64,000 nt of DNA, from positions 4,418,907 to 4,482,906 of the forward strand of contig CAVNZM010000001.1 in the NCBI GenBank assembly GCA_963693365.1, read 5' to 3'. How positions within the stretch are numbered: position 1 is the first letter of the stretch; every line of letters begins with the position of its first letter. Made by a program: the position numbers and the translations under genes. Source of the DNA: Amoebidium appalachense. Its lineage: Eukaryota > Protista > Ichthyosporea. This document shows positions 30,541-51,894 of this stretch, piece after piece. The notes below the pieces were generated by a model that saw only the letters and a list, made by a program, of their open reading frames with translations, was not told the DNA's origin and made no database searches.

Positions 30541-31293
30541 AGTTTCTACGTATTCAACCGTAACTTGGTGAGCATTTATGGAATGTTGGGGAGGGAGCCG
30601 GCCGCGCAGGAAGCGACACTTCTGTGAGTTGAAAAAAAGACCTGTTGCGGCATAAAAATATTATAAGATAGCACCAATTATGAAAATATAACTTTTCTAA
30701 GCAAAATATTGCCAATGGTATGTGTTTTTACAGAGGTACTGGGCTGAACATATAGAATACTTATCCAACTTTTATCAGCTGACGGAAGCCACCGAGCACA
30801 AATGCCAAGATCTTTAGGAATGTTTTACCCTCCTCTAAGGGTTTGTCCACTAACATGATAGACCACTACCCATTACAAAACTTTTACGCCATATTTGGTT
30901 GATCCGATGGATCTGACCCAATGAAAACTGTGTCCCTTTGTATAGTCGCGGATAATCCGCTGACTGGCCCACACAATAAAACTCTCTATCGCTAAATCGA
31001 CAGCTTTTACTGTGAGCTTTGACACGTTGTGGTATGCTAAGCGACCCCCCCCTTTTTTTTTCTTACCTTCGTTCGGACGCGACTTTTTTCTGCTTTTATA
31101 GGTTTAGAGTAGTTTAGTGTTATATTGTAGTCGGAAAGAATATACAAGAGGGATTATAAGCTTTCTAATTGTATCTTTTTCCTGAACTTCTACACATTCT
31201 TTCACGTTTATGTCACTAGTTTGGATTTACCTGGCATATAGTACAGCACAGACTTGTTTTGGTGTGCTGTGAGCACGAGAACAACAGCTGAAA

Positions 31294-32586
31294 ATGACGA
31301 ATAACGTTCTGAGCGAAGACAACACTATTCCAGCTAGTCCCTCTGCCCCAGCACCATCCACTTCGAGCATTCTCTCGGATAATGTTAAGGAAATAGCAAG
31401 TGAAGCCTCAGTAGACGTCATGTCCCCACCAACGAAAAACACACCCCTTGAGAAGGGGAACACACAACACCATGTTTGCATACCACACACACTCCCTTCC
31501 AAGAGCGTCTGCTCCGTGTCTGACCTATCTCCTGCATCCACGCCCACAACAACACGCCCCTCAACACCCACTACACACACCCGCCCAAGTAGCACGAGAA
31601 GAAGTGTGGGTTTGTCGTCGGAGGAAAATCGAAGCGACCGAAAGTCCGACTCGACGGTCGATGGCACTTCAGGCAGTCACATTAAACGCTCTAAGCGGTT
31701 TCGTGTCTACGTGCGCAACAGCCTGGGTACGGTGCACGAGGTGAAGGTGCGAGAGACTGATTCAGTGAGGCGTGTAAAGGAGAAGATATCCATGGCAACG
31801 GACATGCTTCCCCAGTTAATACATCTTTTGTTCAATGGCACAGAGCTGAATGACGAGCGCGCAACCATGGGGCAGATAGGTGTAGTGGAGGGAAATACAC
31901 TTACCGTCATGCCCAAACTACAGAGTGGACAGATGGAAATGGTTGAGGGCATGCCGTTTAACGAGGAGAGTTTGTATGAAAAAATCATGTCGCAGCTGTC
32001 AGACAAGCAGATGGAAGAGCTATCGTCAGGAACACTTAATAAGCCTCTCTCTTTCGTGACTACCATCGGTGGTAAGCGTGTGCTTGTGCGGCTTAAGCCC
32101 GCACAAGAGGCCAATGGCTCGACTTCCGGACCGGCTGTGGGCACGAGTAGTAGCACTCCCCACCCGGACCTTGAACCATGGACTCGCGGTGCGACAACCA
32201 GTACGGGTGTGCGAAGGGACGCACAGTGGCGCAAGGAGAAACAGGTAGAGCACCAAAACATGCGCTCGAAAATGGACATCGTACGGGACCGTTTGCGCGA
32301 AGCAAAGGCAAATTCCGCGCTTGCGCCGAATGAAAAAGTGGACTCCGAGGTTGTTGGAAAGAGCGAAAACGTGAAAGCGCACGAGGAGAAGGTGAATGTT
32401 ACGGCGAGTGCAAACGGCTGCAGCGGGTCGAAGGTGGCCACGGCTGAGCCGGTGGTGGTGAAAAAGAATCGGTGTGGTAGTTGCAATGCCAAACTGGGGC
32501 CAATCACTTTCCCGTGTAGGTGTACCGGCGTGTATTGCTCAACGCACAGGCACGATCACCAGTGTAGTTTTGATTACAAGAAGTAG
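31294..32586 (+). CDS. Ubiquitin-like + AN1 zinc-finger protein (ZFAND4/midnolin-like), single coding exon, 430 aa
   Basis: Ubl FRVYVRNSLG...VKEKIS...LLFNGTEL...TLTVMPKLQSG (about 31699-31929). AN1 finger RCGSCNAKLG..FPCRCTGVYCSTHR.DHQCSFDYK at the C-terminus. Confidence 0.9.
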   Translation: MTNNVLSEDNTIPASPSAPAPSTSSILSDNVKEIASEASVDVMSPPTKNTPLEKGNTQHHVCIPHTLPSKSVCSVSDLSPASTPTTTRPSTPTTHTRPSSTRRSVGLSSEENRSDRKSDSTVDGTSGSHIKRSKRFRVYVRNSLGTVHEVKVRETDSVRRVKEKISMATDMLPQLIHLLFNGTELNDERATMGQIGVVEGNTLTVMPKLQSGQMEMVEGMPFNEESLYEKIMSQLSDKQMEELSSGTLNKPLSFVTTIGGKRVLVRLKPAQEANGSTSGPAVGTSSSTPHPDLEPWTRGATTSTGVRRDAQWRKEKQVEHQNMRSKMDIVRDRLREAKANSALAPNEKVDSEVVGKSENVKAHEEKVNVTASANGCSGSKVATAEPVVVKKNRCGSCNAKLGPITFPCRCTGVYCSTHRHDHQCSFDYKK

Positions 32587-33639
32587 GGCGGGTGTGTGAA
32601 GGGTTTGAATGGTTGAATGTATACTTGATGTTGTAGCACTATGTGTTGAGCGGACGACTTGGTACCTTCGGGGGAAAAAAGCGTAAAAGTTTGTGCTAGT
32701 ATAATGTTTCATCGTATGCGAAAATAGTATTGCCTCCGTCCTTTCGTGTCTGTATAATGGCTTTATATAGATTGGTGAACCAAGTGTGGTTGTACATAAA
32801 AGCTTTTTTCGAATTATGCAGTTTTGAAAACGTCTGGATAAGAAAGAGAATAAAGTATTTTCTTCAGCTTCTATGCCATATCCCTGACGTGTGCCATGTG
32901 TGTGCGAAAGCTGGCAGGAGGCTACCTTTCTTGGGATACCTCCAAAGCAGCCACTAGAAAATTCGGACTTCAGGGTCAAAGCAAGTGGCAGCAACTTCTG
33001 AAAACCGCACACAGAAAGACACAGCCTGCCTTGCAGGTCCGCTGCAAAGGTGTGCGCTAGTGCGTAAATATGCACTGGGCCGTGCGAGTTCTAGGCAGGA
33101 AACCTGCTTTTTTGCAGACAGAGCTACCACAAACTAGCCACGCGGTGGCCGCACACTCTGTAGGCGCCAGTGCCAACGTTTGACAAAATGGCTCGTGTGA
33201 GGAAGCGACACATCCCAGTTTAGCTAGGTTTTTGCCTATACAAGATCATGGTTCGTGAAGTTCTGGCACATAGCTTATTTCGGTGTCCACTGCAGTGTCA
33301 CGTCTACGTACTACGTACGACTGTATTGCACAACGAGATGCACGGAGCAATTGGTATCTCATACAGTCAGGCATCACAAAATCAAACCTATGTATCAGGG
33401 CGGGCTATGATCGACAGCTAAACCAAAGAAATGGCAACATCCTGCAGAAGGCTTCGACGTCTAATCTACTAGTTTTCTTGCCGTCTGATGAGGAAGAAAG
33501 ACGAAGTGTTGGAGTGATATATGGAAAGAAAGGTGCAGGGGATCGAGCTAGGGGACGTGGGTCGGGAGTTTGTGAATAGGTCGTGTGTGTGTGTGTATGT
33601 GCACGTGTGTGTGTGTGTGTGTGTGCATGTGCATGTGTG

Positions 33640-33733
<94 letters not shown>

Positions 33734-33787
33734 ACGCGCGCGCGCGTTGTGTACACGTGTGTGTGTGTATGTGTGTGTGTGTGTGAC

Positions 33788-33872
<85 letters not shown>

Positions 33873-33976
33873 CATGGTGGTGGTGGTGGGGCCGGGGTGG
33901 GGATGGGGGACCAGGAAGGGAGTCATGAGTGGTGGGTGGGTGGGGTGGGACGGGGGATGGGTGGGGTTGTGGGGTT

Positions 33977-34029
<53 letters not shown>

Positions 34030-35051
34030 GGGGGGAGGCGGTCTAGCACCAGCAGACCACCAAGTATTCTGGGGTGGAAGCTACTTCATTAAGCTTAAGT
34101 TGGTGGTTCTGCATGAAGCTAGTGACGCACACGCAGACACACCCACACACGCCCACGCACGCTTATTTATAAGCACCCATCACTCACATACAGCCACACA
34201 CACACCGCACTTACGCATCATGGTGACAACACACGTCACACACTTGGCCCCCGCCTTACAGCCACTCGCACACGCAAACACACACGCATACACACACACA
34301 TGCACACCCATCGCCTACGTACCCACACATCCGGATCCCCACCCAACATTCCCGCACTCAGACTTGGACCGGGTATCACTGAGCAAGGTCCCTCTCCCTA
34401 TAGCTACTCTTCTGCTGAGCGCTGCCACGTCTACCAACGCTACCGCGGTCACTCAAAACTTTGCCATAACACAGAAGAGAATGGAGATATATGACGTCAA
34501 TAATATTAGACTATTTTTGGCGCGAATCCACCGTAATGACTCGGAATCGAAAAACGTGCCGTGTGGTCACGGCGCGGAGGGCGTCAAAGCAACGCTAGCT
34601 TTGTAGCTATAGCTGTAGCTGGTGGTGACTTCTGAATGCTAGCCCGTCGTTACAAGTGCGGTCAGCCTCTTGCTTTTGGCCGTTCTAGTTGCTGGTTATT
34701 ATAAAACCGCATACAAGGACAACCTATATACGAACGCTTGACTCCCAAGCATCTTTCCCAGCACAGAGTTCTTTGGACAGCCTGGTTGTTATGTTTCTGT
34801 CTACGCGCGCGCTTCTGCAAGCTCGAGCCTTCAAGAGTGCATTTTTGAGGGTCACGGCAAGCTCTGTATTGATCTGCTTGGGGAGGGTTAACTTATCACC
34901 GAGGTTTAACAGCACCAAGGTAAGGCATAAGAGTCTGGGTGGTCTGAAGAGAGGCCGGGGAGAAGTTGAACCTGACTGGCATTTTGGATCTTTTAGGTTT
35001 AATGTTAGTGCAAGAGCATTGGGTTGTTAGTGCTGCTTGGTCGCGTGTAAT

Positions 35052-35157
35052 TATGCACCAAAACCACATGCTTATCGTGATAGCATTTGCTTGCGTTGTA
35101 CGTTTATGCACCAAAACCACATGCTTATCGTGATAGCATTTGCTTGCGTTGTACGTT
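35052..35157. repeat. Perfect 53-bp tandem duplication
   Basis: tatgcaccaaaaccacatgcttatcgtgatagcatttgcttgcgttgtacgtt occurs twice. Confidence 0.9.
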
Positions 35158-35254
35158 GTTGCAAAGCTTAAAGCTTTTGTTTCAGGCCTGCCCTCCGGTC
35201 GCGCGCAAAGTAGCTCACTCCCTCTCTACCTGCCTCTTTTATTCAACCAGTCTC

Positions 35255-35289
<35 letters not shown>

Positions 35290-35729
35290 CCCTCTCCCCC
35301 CTCCCCCCCTCCCCCCTACCCTTCCCCCCCTCACCCTCTCTTTGTCTCCTCTCTCTCCCCCCCCCCTTTCTCTGTCTCTCTCTCTCTCTCTTCTCTCTCT
35401 CCCTCCCTCCCTCCCTCCCCCTCCCCCCTCCCCCCTCCCTCCCTTGCCCTCTCCCTGCTCCCCCCTGTCCCCCTCTCTGCCCCTCAGCCGCCTCTCTCCC
35501 CCCTCTCCTACCCCCTCCCCTCCCCCCCCCCCCCTATCCCCCCTCACTCTTGCTCTCTCGCTCTCCCTCCACCCCCGTCCCCCTTTCTATCCCTCTTTCT
35601 CGCTCTCTCCCCCCCCCCTCCCCCCCCCCCCCCCCGTCTACCTCTCTCTAAATCTACCTCTATGCCCCCCTCACCCACCCACACCCTCCCTCCCTCACTC
35701 ACTCCCCCCCCCCCCTTTGCTCTCTCTCT

Positions 35730-35836
<107 letters not shown>

Positions 35837-36152
35837 CCCCCCCCCCCCCCCCCCTTCCTCCCTCCTCTCCCCCCCCCCCCCTCCCCCCCTGCCTTGCCCC
35901 TCCTCTCCCCAACCCCCCTCCCTCCCCCCCCCCCCCCCCCCCCCTCTCTCCGGCCCTCTCTACCTCTCTGTCTGCTTCCACCACCCGACCCTGCCTCTCT
36001 TGCCCGCCTATCCCCCCGCCTCCCCCCGCCTCCCTTTCGCCATGTTTCGGCGAAGAACTTTCTTTATGTGGAAAAGCGAGGGTTTGGTAAGGAAGGGCCG
36101 TCAAGAGAAGAGGTGCTATAGTATGGTGAGCTTTGGCAGTCGGGTACTGCTG

Positions 36153-36224
<72 letters not shown>

Positions 36225-36775
36225 GGGGGGGGTACCGGGCTTAGTTGGCTGCTTATGCTTGGTTTGTCACTGGGATTCATGGTCATATTTTGGGATTTTT
36301 ATTACCCAAAAAATTCTGTATGCTTACCTGAAGGTTCAATTGGGAGGAGGATCCACCGATCCACCGAGTTATATCGTTGTTATTTCATGCGAGGCCTTAT
36401 TCATGGCTGACTGGCTTTTTATCACGCATTTTGGTGGGAGTCTGTGCAATCTACATTTTGACCTTCTTTCTACGAAGCAGAAAGAAACCAACGCTCCACA
36501 AACTTTAGATTTTTCGATATCTATCACAGCCTTAACAAACAAAATAAAATGAAATTATGCGGGTTGTCTTTTTGGTCTTACATGTTCTGCTGTGTCAGTC
36601 CCTGGGAAGCCAAGGAACATGTAGCAACTACACACTGAGCTATTTCGCCCTCTCCTTGGCCCCCCCATTCCCTCCCTTCGCATCCGCCGATTTTTATTTT
36701 CGCTTTTCGTTGTTTGTATGTTTGAGAGAATGTGTGTTTTGTGTGTGGGGGGGTAGGGGGCCAGGGGAAGGGGGG

Positions 36776-36811
<36 letters not shown>

Positions 36812-36939
36812 CTACCAGTATAGGTTCTCCAATGATCTTGACAAACAGGCACGCTGCTATGACATAGCATGATGCTGCATAATAACCAGAACATCGTTTC
36901 AAAATACAGGTTTGGCCAAGGGGCATAGGCAGCTACGAA

Positions 36940-44623
<7,684 letters not shown>

Positions 44624-45023
44624 AAATAATTGCCCTAACTAATGGTATGTTTTCTGAAAACCAAGGTACGTTGGTGTGATGGCGTCAGTTGCCGCCCCTT
44701 GCACCGTTTTGGCTTCGGGAGAAGTACTTGTGTTGCCTTCCGATCAGCCTTGGTGTAAGTTCTTCTTCTTCCATTGTGTGTACATAAAATAGTTGGGCCA
44801 CTTATGTGGTGGAGATAAAGTAAACGAAGGGTTTTGTAACAACGGCTGGTCCGTGAATGAAGAAAACAAATGAGTAATATACTGCCGAGCTGTGCTCTGT
44901 TAAATGATGGCTTTTGTTTATCCAATAATATTGCGTACATGTGCCCGTAACAAAAGGCTTATAATAATGGAGAAAAGGCAATGGGGGTGATTACGCAGTG
45001 ACACTCAGGCTTGTACACTGTAA

Positions 45024-45065
<42 letters not shown>

Positions 45066-45355
45066 AAAAAGAAAAAAAAAAAGAAGAAGCTCCACGCCTG
45101 CTTTTCCGGAACCACTATATTATATTGTGATGTCTTTTTTTCATGGTACTTTTGTGCTTATTAAGCTAGACTGTTTTTTCCATGACCGAACATAATTGCT
45201 AATCGCTGGTGCAAGACTGGAATGGTTGGCAATCATCAACCATGTGGTGAACCCACAGCATGGCCGCCTAGTGCGCCGGTAACGCTTTAGACTCCGTGTC
45301 TACTGTCACAAGAGATAGATGTCCATCGATCCTCATGCGTCCGCTGATCATTTTG

Positions 45356-45390
<35 letters not shown>

Positions 45391-45627
45391 CGGTCCCGGG
45401 CAATTTTCCAAAAGAAAGATCGGGGGTTTTTTTTGCATGGAAGACCGATCATGTAACAGCAATATCACACATTCATTAAAGTTCACATGCATAAACCAAC
45501 ACTCGCTAAACATGCCTAAACCAAGCAATCAAAATACGTTTTTGCCGCTTTATAGTTTCAGCTTTCTAAAATAACAATCATTGGCTAAACATCATCATGC
45601 GCTAAATCCAGTTCCATTTCTATAGAA

Positions 45628-45639
45628 TTCCCGCCAAAA
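45628..45639 (-). promoter_or_regulatory. E2F-like site upstream of the FKBP gene
   Basis: TTTTGGCGGGAA on the minus strand about 110 bp before the ATG, with an ATTGG box at 45580. Confidence 0.25.
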
Positions 45640-45745
45640 CCTTCTCCGGAACGAATACAGCGTTTTCCTTCACACACTTCAGTATTTTTCAACTTAGACG
45701 AAGTGCCAAGCAACTGTGAACGATACTCCTGCAACTGAAAAGAAC

Positions 45746-46256
45746 ATGGCTACTCCTATTGATATTTGCGGCGATGGGGGTCTTATGAAGGTATGCAAAA
45801 TGACACGTAGAGGTTTTTTAGGCAAGAATAGTTGAGGCGTCATGTTTTGCCCAGTCTTCCTTGTGAGCAGAGTGGTACTGTTATAAGTTTGTGCACGTGG
45901 TGAATTTGTGTTTATCTCTGCAAGCTTCCAATACTCAACTCATTCGTCCTTACTTGGTCTTCAGAAATCGCGAACCCTGTCGATTTCATGGCTCACCACA
46001 TGTGCCTTTACTGACTGTTGTCCTTCCTCTCCTTTTACCCCTGTTGCATCGTGAGTTCGAACAACCTGCACTGCCTGACTTTTTTCCCCTTCCCCACCAG
46101 ACCATCGTTAAGGAGGGCACAGGCGATGAGACGCCCCAGAGCGGGGACAACGTGACGGTGCACTATGTCGGCACCCTCCTTGACGGCTCGGAGTTTGATA
46201 GCAGCAGGGCACGCAATCAGCCCTTCACCTTTAAGATTGGCCAGGGTGTGTGGGCG

Positions 46257-46348
<92 letters not shown>

Positions 46349-46733
46349 GCCACACACTCACAGCAAATACATGATGTTCTCACGATTACAGAGTCAAGGA
46401 TGCACACTCACACACGTTTACAAGGAGGTGAGATGGGGGGGGAGGGGGAGAGGGGGGGGGGAGGGGGGGGGGGGGGAGTGTGCGTGAGAGATGGATGGAG
46501 AGAGATAGAGGGGGAGAACAAATTTATGTTTGTGCTGGTTTTGCCCCTTCCTTTTCCCTTTCTCTCTCCCTCATCTCTCTCTCTCTCTCTCCCTCCCCCC
46601 CCCCCCCCCCCTCCCCCCTCTCCCCCCCCCCCCCCCCTCTCCCTCTCTCTCCCTCCCTCCCTCCCTCCCTCCCTCCCTCCCTCCCTCCCTCCCTCCCCAC
46701 TCCCACTGTGCCCCCCCCCCCCCCTCTCTCCTT

Positions 46734-46830
<97 letters not shown>

Positions 46831-47955
46831 TGTCTCTCTCTCTCCCTACTTCTCGCCCTCCCCCCCCCAACCACCACCACCACCAAAAAGTGAAAACGCC
46901 AACACCTCCAGCACAGCCTTCCCCCCCTTTCATGAACCCTATTTGATGTATGAGGGTGCCCATCCCTTTCTCTCTCTTTTTCTCATTCTTACCCTTGTTG
47001 GTGGTCACTTTGTAATCCTTCGACCCCCAGTATGTGTGCATGGCCTGGCCCTTTTGTTGGCTGGGAGCTGGGTGCCTGGAAAAAAGGAGAGAGGAAGGGT
47101 TAAAAGGATGGAGATAGTGGGTCGATGGGTTTGGTGGTGGTGGTGTGTGTGTGTTTTGGGGGGGGGGGGGGGGGGGGGGGGGGGGTATGTGTTCCATAAT
47201 ATTCTTTAGTTCTTGGTGTATCGGTCTTAATCATATAGTTATTACGACTGCCATGTGCTGCGAAATATGCGCCAACTTCTTAGCATGTTTGGGTGCAGGC
47301 CAGGTGATCAAGGGCTGGGACAAGGGTGTGGCCACCATGAAGAAGGGGGAGCATGCAATTCTGCAGTGCAGGGCAGACTACGCATACGGCAAAAGTGGAT
47401 CCCCACCCAAGATCCCGGCCGATGCAACCCTGAATTTCGATGTGGAGTTGATTAGCTGGGTAGGTACTTATGTTGCACTGTGTGATTTGTATGGTCTTTA
47501 TTATTTTCAAGTTCAACATGGTGTTTTTTATGAAGAGCTTGATGTAGTTGATATGCATTTACAATCCAGTTTCACACGCATGTCCGTCTTTTTTAACTTT
47601 TAAATGGAACTACAAGAAGTGACACCAGCCTGTGTGTGACCTGTCATCACACAGATGGTGGTTCGGAGACAAGCAAGTGGTGAGGGAGTGAAGTATGCAA
47701 AGAACCTTTATAAGTGATACAAGGATAGAGAAGAGTCTGTGACAGCCACGTTATCTAATAGGTCACTCCAAATCTACAGACTAGTGGGGAGGATATCTCC
47801 GGAGATGGCCGGGTCACGGGCAAGAAGGTGACGGAGGGTGAAGGATGGCGCAACCCTAAGGATGGGGAGGAATGCTTGATCTCCTACAAAGGTGTGTTTT
47901 ACTTCTTTCTCTTCTTTTTCCTTTTTCTTCGTTCTTTTTACTTTTTTTTTTTTTC

Positions 47956-48002
<47 letters not shown>

Positions 48003-48074
48003 AGGCATAGGTAGACGTGTGTGTGATGGGAGGATGAGCAGAAGACGGCAGCTTTTGGTGGTGGTGGTGGTGGT

Positions 48075-48110
<36 letters not shown>

Positions 48111-48297
48111 TAGGTGTCCAGAGATGCCGTCATTGGTGAACAGGTAAGTGTAGCAGAATGTTGGTAAGGCTGGGGATATTCAAGGCAGCCAGGTGGGACC
48201 TTTTCTCCAGTATATCCAGGGGAGGGGGGGGGGGGGGGGGGAGGGGGTAAAATCTGATTACGTGTCATGACTGAGTCGAATAGGTAAGACATGCTGT

Positions 48298-48333
<36 letters not shown>

Positions 48334-48852
48334 AAAACCTGATTACGTGTCATGACTGAGTCGAATAGGTAAGACATGCTGTGAGAGGGGGAGGGGGGGG
48401 GGGGGGGGGGGGGGGTAAAATTGATCAATGACATGTAGGAAGGACATGAACTCGGATAAACATGTCTGCGAAAGGGGTATAGGCGTCCTGGTTTGAGTGT
48501 GGGAAACGTTGTCGGGCAGGAGCCCGGTGAAGGTTAGGGAGACATGTTGACATGCATAGCACAGGAGAAGGGTGCAACGGGGGGGGGGGGGGGGGGGGGA
48601 TCTTAAGTGTGGTGGATTCTGACAACGGTTTTTTTTTGGCTGCATGGTTTACATCCAGCGGGGATGTGTTTGTGGACGAGAAGGAGGTGTGGGTGACCAT
48701 TGGGGCCGGCAAGGTGCCCAAGGGGGTGGAAAAGGCCCTGCTGAAGACGAAGAAGGGGTGGGTGCCTGTGGGGTGTGATGTTTCTTTGCCCTTGGGGTTT
48801 GTTTTTCACTATTAGGCCTTAGCTTTCTGTTCCCCCGGGCCGAGTCCCTCCT

Positions 48853-48898
<46 letters not shown>

Positions 48899-49179
48899 CC
48901 CCGCCCCGCCTTTTTTTGGGGGGGAAGGGGAGGGGAGGGGGGAGGGGGGTGTATTTTACTGTAACTGTTACTGTGTTTGTGGTGGTGGATGTGTGTGGGG
49001 GAGGGGGGGGGGTCGGTTGTGGTGTTCTGTCACTGCAGAGACGGTGTTCCCCCCCCCCCCCCCCTAGGGAGGGCGAAAGTTGACGTTTTTAGTTGTGGTG
49101 TTGTCAAGGGGAGTGAGGTGTCAGTATTGTGTCTTTGAATGCGGAGGGTAGGTGAATGTGTGTGTGTGTGTGTGTTTGT

Positions 49180-49268
<89 letters not shown>

Positions 49269-49706
49269 CGCGCGTGTGTGTGTGTGCGTGTGTGTACATC
49301 AGGGGAGGGAATGCGGAGGGAGGGGGGGGGGGGGGAGGGGGGGGGGGGGGGGGGCGCTGGTGTATACAGAATATGCCAGCTTACGCAGAAAAGATATTTT
49401 GTAGCTTTCGTAGCACAAAGAAGGCAACAAGATGGTAGTGGAGAGTTCGAGTCAAACCCAGACTACGTCTAATCAACACAGATGTTATAGTTACTCATGG
49501 ACATGCACGCACGCATCCACCCGTTTGTGCACGAGCACGCACACACACACATACACTCACACACACACACACACACACACACACCCACACACACACAGAG
49601 CTGTATGGTGCATCAAGTGTGAGCCAGGATATGCCTACGGTGATGCCGGCCTCCCCCCTCACGTTGCCCCCAATACTCCTGTCGAGTTTGAGGTATATAC
49701 CCCCCA

Positions 49707-49750
<44 letters not shown>

Positions 49751-49954
49751 TACACATGTTCACAGAAACACGCCAGACCTGCTGATTTTTTGATTCTCAG
49801 GCACTCCTCCTCCCCCCCCCCCCCCCCCCCCTCTCCCCCCTTTGCGCTCCAGCCCACTTCCCATTTGTGGGCAAGTCGAGCACGTGTGGGGGTTGGGAGT
49901 GGGGGGGGGGATCCAAGAGTTGCAGAGAGTTGCACCCTCCCCTCTTCCCCCTCC

Positions 49955-49991
<37 letters not shown>

Positions 49992-50409
49992 ACACACACA
50001 CACCACCCCACCCCACCCCCACCCCAATTATATGACGTGTACTTGGAGCAATGTGCCGAGCTTATTGTCTGAGGATTAATAGGCCAGATGGTGTGGTTGG
50101 TGACGTCACTGTGTGCACGTACAGGTGTTTGTGCCCCGCTGGAAGGAGGTGGTCAAGATTGCTGGGGGGGCAATCAAGCGCATAAGTTGGTCGATGGCGA
50201 GGGTTACCAGTGCCCCAATAAGGTGCGTGCAAAAATAGCCATGTATGGAAGATGGTGGGATGTGCCGGCTTTGCCAGTCTGTCATTGGCTGGTACAGTGG
50301 TTATCTTTTATCTCTGTGTCTGCTGCATAGCTATGTTCCGATTGGTAGAGTGTCGTCATAAGGGCTTGACTGTTTGCACCACTTAGTTTATAATGGTCTG
50401 TGTGCCTAT

Positions 50410-50441
<32 letters not shown>

Positions 50442-50684
50442 ACCCCCCCCCCACCACCACCACCACCACCACCACCACCACGGTTGAAGTCTTACGTGCA
50501 AGATGCTGATGTGGTTTGCTACACATGTAACACGCACACACACACACATACACACAAACACACACACAGTTTGCCACTGTGACCGTGTCCGCCAACGGGG
50601 AGCCATTCCGCCAGGTTCAACTTTGCCGCGCAGAGCTGCCGGATGGAGTTGAGCAGGCTATCCTGCAAATGCACAAGGGTGGGT

Positions 50685-50735
<51 letters not shown>

Positions 50736-50786
50736 ACACACCCCAACCGAACACCACCACCACCACCACCGCGCGCACGCGCTCGT

Positions 50787-50852
<66 letters not shown>

Positions 50853-50869
50853 TCACGCCTTACAAACAT

Positions 50870-50901
<32 letters not shown>

Positions 50902-51862
50902 CCCCCCCCATTTCCTCGTCGCTCCTCTCGCTTAACTCTGACCGTTGTGATTACTTTTCACTGTTCCCTCACATTTCTGTCTCGTGCGCTGGTGGGTGTA
51001 GCTGGTTTCCGAGCATGTGCGTGCAGTTTTTTCGTACGTACAACTTTATTGTTCCATGTCCGATTGTGGTGAAAGCTCTACAGAGAGCATGGACATAAAT
51101 GTTTATCCTTCTTGCTGTTTTTTAGTGAGATTAGGTCGACCTTTTCATGATACCTGCACACAACCACTCTTGAGAACACACATACTGTTTACACTCCTCA
51201 CTAGCTGCTGCGCCTTTCCCTGTGTCGCGTAGATCTCTCTCTGATGACCAAACCCCATCCCCCTCTCTTTTCTTCCCTCCTTTCCCATATATATATTTCT
51301 CACACACAGGTGAGCAAGACGACATTGTAGTCGAGCCCAGCCACCAAGACCCCGAGACGGAGACTGTGACGGATCTTGCCAAATCCTACACAGTCACGCT
51401 GCAGGACTTCACCAAGGCCAAGGATAGTTGGGAGATGACCACGGATGAGAAACTGAGTGGGTCGGAGTCGTTCAAGGAGTCGGGCACCGCACTGTTCAAG
51501 GAGAGTAGGTGCCCTGCTGCCCCTGTTTTCATTTTTTCTGTTTTCTTTTCTTTCCTTTTTCTTTTTTTTCTTTGCTTTTTTTTTCTTTCTTTTTTTCACC
51601 CTTCCTACCTCCCAGTAATTTTGTTTTCTATTTTGGGAGAGTAGGTGCAAGGCTACCCCTATTTCGTTTTTTTTTTTTTTTTTCGTTTTTTTTTTGTTTT
51701 TTTTTTGGTTTTTGGCTTTTTGGCTTTTTGCACTGTGATATGGCTAAGGAAGGTGGTGAGAGGTGAGAGGTGAATGGGTGGGAAGTTGTCTTTTTCCCTC
51801 TTCCCTTCTTTTTCTTTGTTGTGCACTGAACTATCAAATAGCACGTTGCGAATTTCTGAGAC

Positions 51863-51894
<32 letters not shown>

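Noticed and set aside
31707-32507. 266-aa antisense ORF
   Set aside because: Shadow of the Ubl-AN1 CDS with no motifs.
34398-34612. MITE bounded by ctatagctac/gtagctatag
   Set aside because: Only a 10-bp inverted repeat, no clear TSD, single copy in the window.
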